Assembly (NCBI GenBank): GCA_905178155.1
Contig: CAJINV010000002.1
Location: 11,534,591 to 11,598,590 of the forward strand
Source: Amoebophrya sp. A120
Taxonomy: Eukaryota; Protista; Dinoflagellata
Reading direction: 5' to 3'
Length of the DNA stretch: 64,000 bases
Below the pieces are notes generated by a model that did not search any database, was not told where the DNA came from, and saw only the letters and a list, made by a program, of their open reading frames with translations. Shown here piece after piece: positions 24,912-35,359 of the stretch. Position numbers and translations under genes: made by a program. Position 1 is the stretch's first letter; each line of letters starts with the position of its first letter.

Positions 24912-27900
24912 CTACGAAATCTCGGCCTGTTCCTCTTCTTCCTCCTCCTCCTCGTTCAGCAGTGCTACCTCTAAATCATCATCGGCCTTGGCCCCGCCTG
25001 TACTTCCAAGCTCGACCTGCGTGCTACCCTCGGGACGTGTGAGCACGAACATGAGCATTGCGACTTGAACGCCGACAACGATGAGCAGAGAGAAGATGAC
25101 GCCGAACCAACCGCCGCGGCGTGCCTCGAACGTGTCGTCCTCCTCCTCCACCTCATCCATTTGTCGTGGCTCCCGCCAGCCGTACGGAAGACCCGTAGCG
25201 AAATCCACTTCGTAAACCTGATTTTCAAAGATCAAAAGATTGTTTTGCATAACCAACGAAGATGAGCAAATTGCTTCAGGCAAATATCTCTTGCACTTGT
25301 CCCTTACTGAGGCGCGAGAAGACAACAAGTCAGTAAGCAAAATTCAGGGCCGGTTATGTATAAAAGCTGCACAGACCATGACAACTGTGTGCACTCAAGC
25401 CAATACCTCGTTTGTATCGTGCATGACCCAGGCATCTCCGGTGGGTGTTTTGGCGTAGAATCGCGCTCCGACGACGAGATTTTCGTTGTAGTGCGTTTTC
25501 GCGGCCTCCAGGTACTGGTAAACCCGGTCGTCTTTTTGGCTCTTGTACTCTGCGCTGTTCATCATCTTGGTCAATTGTTTGATCTTTTTTTGCAAGAAAC
25601 TCCGGCGCGCCTTGACGTACTTCTTTTGCATGAACGAAGCCGCGTCCTCCTCATCGTGTTCCTCTCCGTCCGCGCCCTTTTGAGGTTGCGCCGCTCTCTC
25701 TTGCTCCTTCAAAGCTGCCTCCTCTGCGAGGGCCTTCTGCTGCTTCGCTTCCTCCTCCAGCAGCTGTGCTTGCTCCTCGGGGCTGCCGTGGGTGGTAAGG
25801 TCCTCGGAGGGCAAGACTAGCGACGCCATGACCATTGTCAGCATGGAGGCGACGGCCTGCAGGGCCGGCGCGAACTGGTCAAGCACCGACTCCACCGAGC
25901 CGTGAAATAAATCGGCCAGGTGCTCCATGTCGTGGCGAAGCCGGTCGTGCGACTTCACATCGTCAGCCAGCCCCGTCACGTCGAAGGTGGCAAAGAGGTC
26001 TTCCTGTTCGTGCAGGTCGAAGCTCTGCTCCATCATCACGCATTCCTCGACGGAGTACTTGCTCTGGGGGCACTCCGCCTCCAGCGCGTAGTGCAGGTGA
26101 GGTTGCAAGCCCATCTTGGAAGCCAGGTGAAAGTAGAACTGCTCCTTCCGCACGGCACCAACAAGCCCGTGCCCCTGCAGTTCTTGGTCCTGGAAATTAT
26201 CCTGTTTCAAAAGTACTAGAACTCCCCGTCGGCTCGCTGCACGGTTTTCTTAACTTGCGTGCTTTCATGCCGAAAATCTGCGTGCAAGAGATTGATGATG
26301 GACTTCGTTCATTATGCCGCAGCACTGCAGATCAATTATGACATACATCCCTGCTAACTCAGGGGGCAGAGGTCCAGGTCCTGTGGGCAGAACAAGAACC
26401 CCAGTACATTTATTCTACTTACTCATCAAATTAAAGTTAAAAGAGAACTGATGAAAGCCTAATAATTTCCGACACGACATGTGTGTTTTCTTCACTTTTC
26501 TTTCCGACAATGCGCCTGCAGCAAGATACGCGGGAGTTCTCGTAACGCTTCATAGAAATCCGCCATCGACGCAAATTTTTCCACCTGCACCGCCTGCTCG
26601 CATTCCAGCGTGGTCTCAAACCCGTTCTGTTCGGGACTCTGACATTCTTCCAAATACAGCGCCCGCACCATCATGGAGCCGAGGTGAGCTCCGGGCAGAG
26701 ACCAATCCCGGATGTCCCCTGACCTGGACGACGCGGTCTCGTTCCAATCTTCCACGGGAACCTGCTCGTCCATGCGGCCGCGCGCCCCATCCGTGCGCTC
26801 AACGTCGTCCTCGTGGGTGTACAGCACGCGCAAGGCCTCGATCTCGTTGTCGATCTGGCGCTGCGCGATCCAGTCCTTCAGCAGGCCGTGCTGCACCGGT
26901 TCCGAGCGGTAGAACTCCTCCCACTCGATGGTGGCGTATCTTGTCTGGAATTCGTTACGGGAGACGATGTCAAACTTCGTGTGCTCTACAACCGTCCACT
27001 GAAACAAGATCGCGCCGCCTATCTCCAGAAACTGCGAAACCTCCTGCATCAATTTCAGGACGGCTTCCTGCTCTTGCGGGTCCGGATTCGAGGGGAACAC
27101 GTTGATGTGTTGCAGTGGCAGCCGCCGCGTCACCGCGACGGACTGGAAGGTCGCCAGCACCAGCTCGAAGAAGCGCTGCTCCATCGACCCCGGGTTCAGG
27201 TTGGCGTATCCCTTCTTCAGGACTCGGTCGACACTTCGCACAAAATCTTCGGTGATCGGTAGCGCGGCCACAGGCGGTCGCTGGAACGGAACCGCTGGAG
27301 CGCCGGATTCGCACTGTGTTGCGTTTTTTGGAAAAAATGATATAGGTGAATCATAACGATTAGGACAAGGGACGAGGACGACGACGACAATGACAAAATC
27401 ATAAGCCAGCGTTGCGGATAGCTTCGGGAGCAAGTCGCTGCTTTTCTTTGACGAATGAATCAATCATGTTCACTCTACCGTACGTCTTGGCATTGAAAGA
27501 AATTGCAAATAAGAATAACTGCAAACTGTATTCATTCTACTTCATAGTCCTATTACAGCACTTCTTCCACCACGTACCTTTTCCTCCCCCGGTTCGCACT
27601 TCATTTGCTTGAGCTCCCCCCGGAACACCTCCGCGGTCTGCATGTTGAGGTAGCATTCCTCGATTTTGGCGATGACCTGGCGGTTGCGCTTCAGGCTGCG
27701 CTCCACCTTCCACCACTTGTTGCCGGTGACGTCTTGGAACCACGTGAACACGCCCGTCTTGCCCACGATCAGCTCCGTCAACCCCGCGCACTCGCGGAAG
27801 GTGAACCCGTTCTTCTCCATCCACTCCCCCTCGCGCGGGAAGTACTCCACGATGTTCTGCTCGGCGTCGTTGTAGATCCCGTTGGGGTACTCCTTGGCAA

Positions 27901-30900
27901 AGTAGCCCGTCGCGTCCACGTCGTCGTCGGGGATCATGTGCGCCGTCGTGGGCATCCCGTACTCGATCATCACGAAGAACTCGTCCTTGTCGTCGATCCG
28001 CTTGTGCAGCACCGGGGCGCCGTTCACGAACGTGCGCCCGAACAGAGGGAGCCGCGCGCGGTCCAGCCGGCTCCAGTTGGGGTTGCGCTCGAACATCTGG
28101 TAGGGCATGATGCGCATCGTGCTCCAGTCCTGCGGCTTCAGGTCGATCGGGCCCCAGAACCGCACCTTTTCCGCGCGACGGCGGACGAAGGGAATCCCGT
28201 TCACCAGGAGCTCCATGTCACTGGTCTCGCGGTACACCCGGTCCAAATCGTTGTCGTTCTTCACACAGTACGTACGCGCCATGCGGAACCCAGACAAGGT
28301 GTGGCTGCTCATCAAGCGGTAGATCGAATCCTTCATGAAGAACTCGGGGTGCGTGCCCGGACGGACGCCGCTGTTCCGGGGAAACGCGTCCGCTGCCGAA
28401 ACACGCTTCAGCTGCTCCATCATTCCGACGTTGATCCGCCGCCACAAAGTGCTGTTACACCGGTCGAACAGCTCGTCCTCGTGTCGCTCCATGTTCCGCG
28501 TCTCGTTGATATTCAACAGCGTCTTTTTTTGTATTTTTAGATGGAATTGTCGGAGATGACAAAGTTCCAATTTTCGACCGGATTGGTACATGCTGTACTT
28601 CGTGCGTGGGAAAAACTACGTTGGCGCGATTGACTCGATTACTTGGATAGAGTTGCTACTACTGCTAGCTACGCGGCGCATTGCAAAACTAAGTTGCCTG
28701 CAACAGGATGCATGTGGATGTCGAAAAAACCAGCAAAGATAAGACGTAGTAAAAAAAAGGTAAAGACACGGGTAGTTGATAACGTCTTCAAACACGTTTC
28801 ACAAAGACGTACCACGTCCTGCTCGCCGAGCGGCGTGCCGAAGGGGTGTCCCACGGAATGGTACTCGGAGACCCAGCCCTCGAGGCACTGCGTCCCGTCC
28901 TCGCTGAGCTCGGTGCAGTAGCCCCAGACCAGTGCACACTGACGCGCGTAGAAATGGGTACTGTCCTCCGGATTGGTCAGCGCGGCCTCGTGCGGCATGC
29001 ACTCCTCCGTGACCTCGGGTCGGTGGTGGTGCAGCTCCATCTGGACCATGCGGAACTGGTCCACCATGACCGGCTCCCCCAGCCGGTAGTCCAAACTGGA
29101 GAACGGCTCGGTGGGCAAAATGAGGGAATTCGGCAACTCGGCGTGACCCATGGTGAACCGGCCCTTCTGCCCCGCCAAGGACTTCTCAACAACGGTTTCG
29201 TTCACCTCCTTACCCTCGCAGCACGAGTTGCCGTCCTGCTTCTTCGCCACGACGCGGGTCACGTCCATCGCCGGGAACGTGCAAGTCTTCAGCATCTCCT
29301 CCGGAAAGCGCTGGGCCTCCACCCAGGAGTTCCCGAGCTCGTCCTCGAAACCCCGCAGCGGGTAAATCGTTCGCTTCTGTCAGGTATGCATTGCGAAAAT
29401 GTCGGAAATAAGAAGCATGAAAGTACAGAATGCAAACACCACAGACACTCGCCGGGTTTTGTTCCTCCTTGCGAGGAAGCCGAAAATGCACCGAACTCGT
29501 TGAACAAATAGTGAAAAATCTATGTAGAGTGCGGAGCTGTTTTGTGGCGCGGATCTGCGGTCTCTTTGTTGCAGGTTGTATTATCTACGTAATATCACGA
29601 CACTTTCGCACCGAGGATACTTGGCGCTCTGGACCGGGGTCGGGACCACCGCAAACGTGCCTCCCTCGCCGCCGTACGCCACGGCGCGGCACTGCAAGAG
29701 CCGCCAGTTTGTGGGCAGCTCCGGAAAGTCCTCGAGCACATACTGCTTGTGCGTGGCACCTGCGTTCAGGTGCATGACGAACATGCCCGCACCAACGGCT
29801 TCGATGACCCACACGTGGCGTCCGGTTTTCCAGATCCACCGGATCTCGTCCACCAAATCTCGCTCGTAGACGACGTAAGGCTTGCGGTCATAGAAGCCCA
29901 GTGCATCCTTCGGGGTCATTGTGGCCGCGTTGGATTTTTTGTTGTCTTCGAAAATGGTGTAGAAGTCGTGGCGCACCGGCACAAAGATGAGCGGGTCCAA
30001 CTTTCCCTTCTGCTCGTTGAAGTGGTAGGCTTCGTGGCTGGGCGAGTAGCGGGAAGCGCCCTGGTTCAGACACTTGCCATCCACCTCGATGAAGTCCACC
30101 TCGAGCGAGTGGCGCTTCTTGATCACGATGGTGTGGTCGCCCGAACAGGTGTGCGTGTGCGTTCGCGCGCACTGGTCGTCCAGGTCCGCGGAGATGGTTT
30201 CCTTCTGCAGCACCTCGAAGCCCTCCTGCCCGCAGTTCCCCGCGTCCGTAGCCAGCAGGACGGACCGCGTCTTGAAGCAGAACTCTCCCGCGTCGTGCGG
30301 GTCCGCGCACTTGCCCAGCTCCAGTGTGCAGTACGACTCCCCAAGTAAAGTCGGTTCGTCCGGGCCGTAGAACGCGCCGCAACGCTCCCACGACGCCTCG
30401 TCGCGCTCCACCACTTCTCCGGTCGAAACAGGCAGCGCCTCGACCACGTTGCCCTGCTCGTCCACGTGTTGCGGCTCCTCTCCACAGGTCTTCAGCATCT
30501 GTTGAAGTGAGACTTTCATTATTTTCCCAGGAGATCATTTCATTGTTTATACTTCACAATCCGCAGCGATAAAAATATTGTTCGCGGAAGGGGAAGGCAA
30601 AAAAACCAGCGACGCTGCATAAAAAAGCGCATCATGGGAGGAATTAGTAAACACTATCATTTCAAAAATGTTGTATCATTTATATCGAGTGATATCAAAA
30701 ATGAAAACCTCAGGCGGCATGCGTCCGGTGGCTTCGATCCACGTGTTTTTCATGTGATCTACGAACGCTCTGATCGTAAACTGGGACTTTGTGGCATTCG
30801 CGGGAGGAGGCTGGACCGGCACGGTTCCCAGCTGGAAGACGCCATGCCCGCTCTCCTGAGGATAGCTCGCACGGGTCGTGCACCGCAAAAACTGCATGCC

Positions 30901-33900
30901 ACTCGGCACCACCTTGGGATCACGGTAGTTCGAGGCGGTAAAGGCGCGTCGGTCCACCCCGCTTGTGTACAGCATGACGTAATACTCGTTGTGCTCGGTG
31001 TCGTGCAAAACGTAGACCTCCCGGTTAGCCTTCCAATTGTAGGACACCGGAGAGTACAGAGAGCGGGTGTACTTCACGTAGGGGAGCATTTCTGAACAAT
31101 CGTAGTAGTGTCAACATTCTGAATCAATTGAAAGTAAGAAAGTCAATTCGGTAGCGGGCAACACGCGGTCATCAAAATGAACTACTTATTTATACTCTCG
31201 AATCCCTTGTCTTCGATCACATGGCCGGCGGTTATGCCTGTGGTGTTCGCAAATGTCGTCTGAAGAGTGACACCGGCGGTGTCGTACATGAGGATGTGCT
31301 CGCCGAACTGAACCGTGTCCTGGAATCCGGCCGGCGCTTCGCCCGGACTTTTGAAGCACTCCCCACCGTGGTACAGATAGTCGAACTGAAAACGCGCTAC
31401 CGTTTTCAACACGATTTGAATCTGCGTCGTGGCGCAATCCACTGTATTCATTTTTCGATAAGTACTTTTTTAAATTCTTTACGCAGGATCTGCTCGGTGG
31501 TAGAACATGATTGGGACCACGACCCTGACCCGTCGTGAAGCAAGATGCTCCTTCGAAGATGCCAATCGCGCAGCCGGGTGCGAACCAACATTGGAATTTT
31601 TCGAACCACAATCAAAAAGATCCATAAAACGACCACGTGCAGTAGTAGATCCAAAGAAGCAAAAATTTCTATACGCTCCCGGGCCTTGCACTGGTCGCGG
31701 TACAAAGTGCGCACTTGGCTCTTGCTGAGTTCGTCGAAATGGCCGTAATCACAGGGAAGCTCGTTGGTTTTGAACCAGTGCGTGCGCGTGGTGTCGCACT
31801 CGTCCAAGTTCTCGGAATCGCAGGCGCCCACCTCGAGTTCGCACTGCAGCCAGTCCGCGAGCGAGAGCAGCGGGTCGGTATCAAAAGGAAAAACCCCCCC
31901 TCCCCATATCAAAACGGAAATCTGTGATGCAGATTTGGGGTCACAAATCAGCTCTGTATTGCAGTAGAGGACTGCAGGCCCACATCAAGCCTGAGTGGGA
32001 GAGGTTTTGGCCTAGGAGCTCAGCACGACAAAAGTCGATGCTGTAGGTCCAACAGCATCACAAACCGCCGGTATAATGCGGGGGGCCTTCTGGGTTTGCC
32101 TTCTTGCAAGACAGACGGGATTTGTGGCCACAAATCAGCATCACAAATTTCCGAAAATATACCTTTTCGGTATGGGGAAGGGGGATTTTTCCTTTTGATA
32201 GTCGGCGGCCATCCCGCACTTCCAGCCCGCTATGGAAGCGTCAGGTATAAAATCGTCAAAGTTGAAATAATTTGTAATGCAGAAAATGCGACACAAAAAG
32301 TGACTCTATTGCAGAGGACCCACGGGAGGCAGATTATAGTCCTGGTAAGGGTCAACAGTTGGACTGCTAACTAGCATGACAGAAGGCAGCTCCTTTGCCC
32401 TAAACCGCATGACAGACTCGCTTCCAGGACCGGGGAGATTTGTCATGCACCGACTACAAACTGTAGGTCTAACTGGTATCCGTTTTGTGCATGACAAACT
32501 ATTTCAACTTTGACGATTTCAAACCTGACACATCCATACCCGCGGGCCGGGGCGTGTTGGGGTCTTCGAGCTCCATCTCCCTTTCTTTGTCCTGGTACGC
32601 CTTCAGCTCCGTCTCGGTGATGAACTCCTTGGGCGCGAAGTGGTGCGTGTGAACCTTTGGGTGCAGCTCCGACGCGATCAGCGCCTCCTCCACCACGTTC
32701 TGCCCGTCCTCGCCAAACTGGTTGGGGTCGTGCTCCGCCGCCTCCGTGTAGAGCTCCGGAAAACACTCGCGCTTCATGTTTTCGGTCATGGTCCGGTAAT
32801 CGAGCTCCCAGAAAATGTTGTGCTTCTGGAAGACCCGATTCGTGTTCACCAGAGCCACGTTCTTGTTGGACGCGTCCACGCCGGCGACTTCGCAAGTCCG
32901 CGCTACCGTGCCGTCGGCTTCTGATTCAGAAGAAAGGATGGTGTCGGGATGACCAGCGTACATGCCCAAAAGGTACACCTTCTTCCCGCCACGGGCAACC
33001 GCGCTCTGCTCGTCCGACTTGTAGGTACGGACGTGGATGGAGCTCCCCTCGCGCAGCGTCGCCACGACCAAATCGTCACGCAAAGTTTCGTCGTCGGGCG
33101 CCAAAAAGGCCGTCTCGCCCTCGTCTTGCACGGCGCGCGCCGAAAACGTCACATCCGGTTCCGTGAACCCGTTGGGATCGAACCGCAGAGGCTTGTTCCC
33201 CGAAATCTGAAACTTCCGCTCGTGAATCTTCTGTGGCTTGTACAGAAAGGTGATGCCGCCAATGTTCACCATGCTCAGCGCCGCGAGCTGGGCCGACTGG
33301 AGTGGAAAAAAAAAGTGTACAAGTTCTTTTTACTTTAATGTAACAACAACTACGCAGTACGCTAGTACACCGAGTATGCTATTAACATTCAGTACTGCAA
33401 TTACTAGAAGCCTAGTAGTAGTAGTAGTAGTTAGCGTTCCACAGCGCTCATAACAGAAACAGCATGATATGATCGTTTTGGCATTTGCAACGCAGAAAGA
33501 GAAGCATGAACAAACCGTCATCTCCGTGTCGCCCGTTGGCGAAATCGCAGAGGCAGCGCCAGAGTTGCCACGGGCCGCCATTGACGCTTTCGCGGCGGCA
33601 AAGTACTGGTCCGCGCGCGAGGAGCACTGATAGGATCCAAATTCATTGTAGACAGCATCGACCGTGAGTGGAACGGGCGGCATCTTGACGATGATGGGCC
33701 AGGTGTGGTGTGCCGCAATCGTTTTGTCCACGTTCCGTGTGGTCACGAAGTTGCGTAGAGCCACCTCAACCTGCAGGCGCGTGATGGCATCAAACTTCTC
33801 GGTCGGACACTCCTCGACGGCCAGGAACCTGGTCACGATCCCCTCATAGCACAAGTCATCGGCTCCTTCCACCTTGTTGCTGCAGTGCCCCACAATCAGC

Positions 33901-34688
33901 TCGCAAAGGTTCATGCCCTGCATGCTAAAATACTTGTCTTCCTCTTCCAGTTTGGCAAGGGAACCGCAGGTCGACGCTTCCCAAAATTGCAGCTCGGCCC
34001 CGCTAAGCATTGTTTCCGGGGCTGTAAACAAGTTTTCCTCTAGAAGATGGTGCGACACGCGATGAACTCCAGGAGGTCCAGCCTCCGCGGCCGCAGTTGA
34101 AGGTGGTGCGGATGTTGACGCATCCTCCGGTTCTGCTGCTGCTGGACCACCAGCTGGCTTTGTGCTCTCATCTTGTTCAGTAGACGATCCACCTCCACAG
34201 CAGGAGGATCCTGTACTCTTTACCGTGCCCGCAGTCGCGCTGACTTCCTCTGGAACTTTAGGTGCGGCTGTGCCCTCCTCGGGCGCCGGTTCGATCGTAC
34301 TCGTTTCCGCCCCATCCTCTCCGGCTGTCGCGGCGCTCGATTCCGTTGTGGGTGTCTCTTCCGGAAGATGCTCCGACGCTACCGTTGCAGCCTCGCCCTC
34401 CGGCAATGCCGCTGGTTCATCGGGTAGAGGTGCTGCGGCCGCATCCGCCTCGGGTTCGGCGACCGCGTTAGGCGTTGTGGATGTCTCCTCTGGATGCTCC
34501 GGTTCCTGTGCTGCGACTTCGGCATCCACCTTTGGCTCTTCGACCGGTGCTGGTTCGACCAGTGGCGCGAGGGCTTCCGAGTCCGCAGGAGTCTGCTCTT
34601 GTGCGTGACGGAGACCGAGCAGACCAGCACTCTGCCATGCAAAGAGCAGGCGCGCAGCCCGAGCGAGTCGACTTTTTCCCTCTCGCAT
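24912..34688 (-). CDS. Probable single giant multi-exon type I membrane or surface protein of unknown function. Some junctions are tentative.
   Basis: It has a signal-like N-terminus, a P/E/A-rich stalk and Cys-rich blocks. Consecutive ORFs 33330..34688, 32499..33272, 31448..31912, 31182..31451, 30676..31089, 29581..30519, 28669..29322, 27542..28591, 26492..27463, 25395..26210 and 24912..25340 can mostly be joined in frame by GT-AG or TIR introns. There is one C-terminal hydrophobic segment, WFGVIFSLLIVVGVQVAMLMFVL. Confidence 0.62.
29385..29619. mobile_element. Degenerate TIR element within an intron (235 bp)
   Basis: Ends TATGCATTGCGAAAATGTCG versus TATCCTCGGTGCGAAAGTGTCG. Flanks TCAGG and CTTGG match at only 2 of 5 positions. 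Removing the element plus 5 nt gives in-frame PVQSAK-QKRTIYPLRGFED. Confidence 0.65.
31879..32200. mobile_element. TIR element acting as a non-canonical intron (322 bp)
   Basis: TIR TATCAAAAGGAAAAA(C/T)CCCC(C/T)...TCCCCATA. TSD GTCGG at 31874-31878 and 32201-32205. Frame is restored (MAAD-PLLSL). Confidence 0.92.
32231..32538. mobile_element. TIR element acting as a non-canonical intron (308 bp)
   Basis: TIR of about 39 bp, TATGGA(A/T)G(C/T)GTCAGGT(A/T)T(A/G)AAATCGTCAAAGTTGAAATA. TSD CCCGC at 32226-32230 and 32539-32543. Frame is restored (PRPAG-WKCG). Confidence 0.92.
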
Positions 34689-35359
34689 CGTCAGCTGGCT
34701 GGTGGTACAAGTGTCGTCAGTTACGAATCAGCACGAAGAGAGTGCTCGTTCGCAAATGACATGATCTTCGCTTATTGGCAGCAACGCCCGTGTGGCAGTT
34801 GTTTCGTGGCAGCAAATTGCTGTTTTTATAACCTTAACGGGGTCGGTAAGGGGATACCGACGCGTCGAGGGAGAAAAAAAAGCACGGCTAAACTGAGTTT
34901 TGTTTGGTCGGACAAAATCAAATACATACTGACAACGGTCTCTGTGCCAGCCTCTAAGTACAGACACAGATCAAAACGAGCAGCGCACTTTTATTGGAGG
35001 AAACCCAATCGACGCCAGCAAGGCTACAACGACCCATTACGAAGACACCGGACCCGACGAACTCTCGTCTCTCTCTCTACAACTACTTCTCAGTACGACG
35101 ATTTTCAACTTCATCAAGCAATAAGGCTCACGAATTACGTTCCTCCGGCTTCGAGCAAGAACTAGACACCCTCACCCACGAGGATTCGACATAGAGGTGA
35201 TTTTTGCAGTGGCGGAGGACAGAATCGAACCCAACGCGGTCGTGTAAAGTGCAATTTCTTCGCCCATGAGATTTGTAATTCAGGTCATTATGCTGCGTAG
35301 GTGCAGCTTTATTTGCTTGACTACAACCTCTACTTTTCAAAACGAAACTCGTAGCAATG

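Noticed and set aside
28509-28781. Possible further TIR intron (TATTCAAC...GTTGATA)
   Set aside because: The inverted match is weak, there is no TSD, and a canonical GTG|GTACGT donor is available.
30499-30684. Possible hybrid TA...AG intron starting TATAAATG
   Set aside because: A canonical in-frame donor GAG|GTTTTC lies just upstream and gives RMPPE-MLKTC, which matches the sister repeat RFPEEMLKTC.
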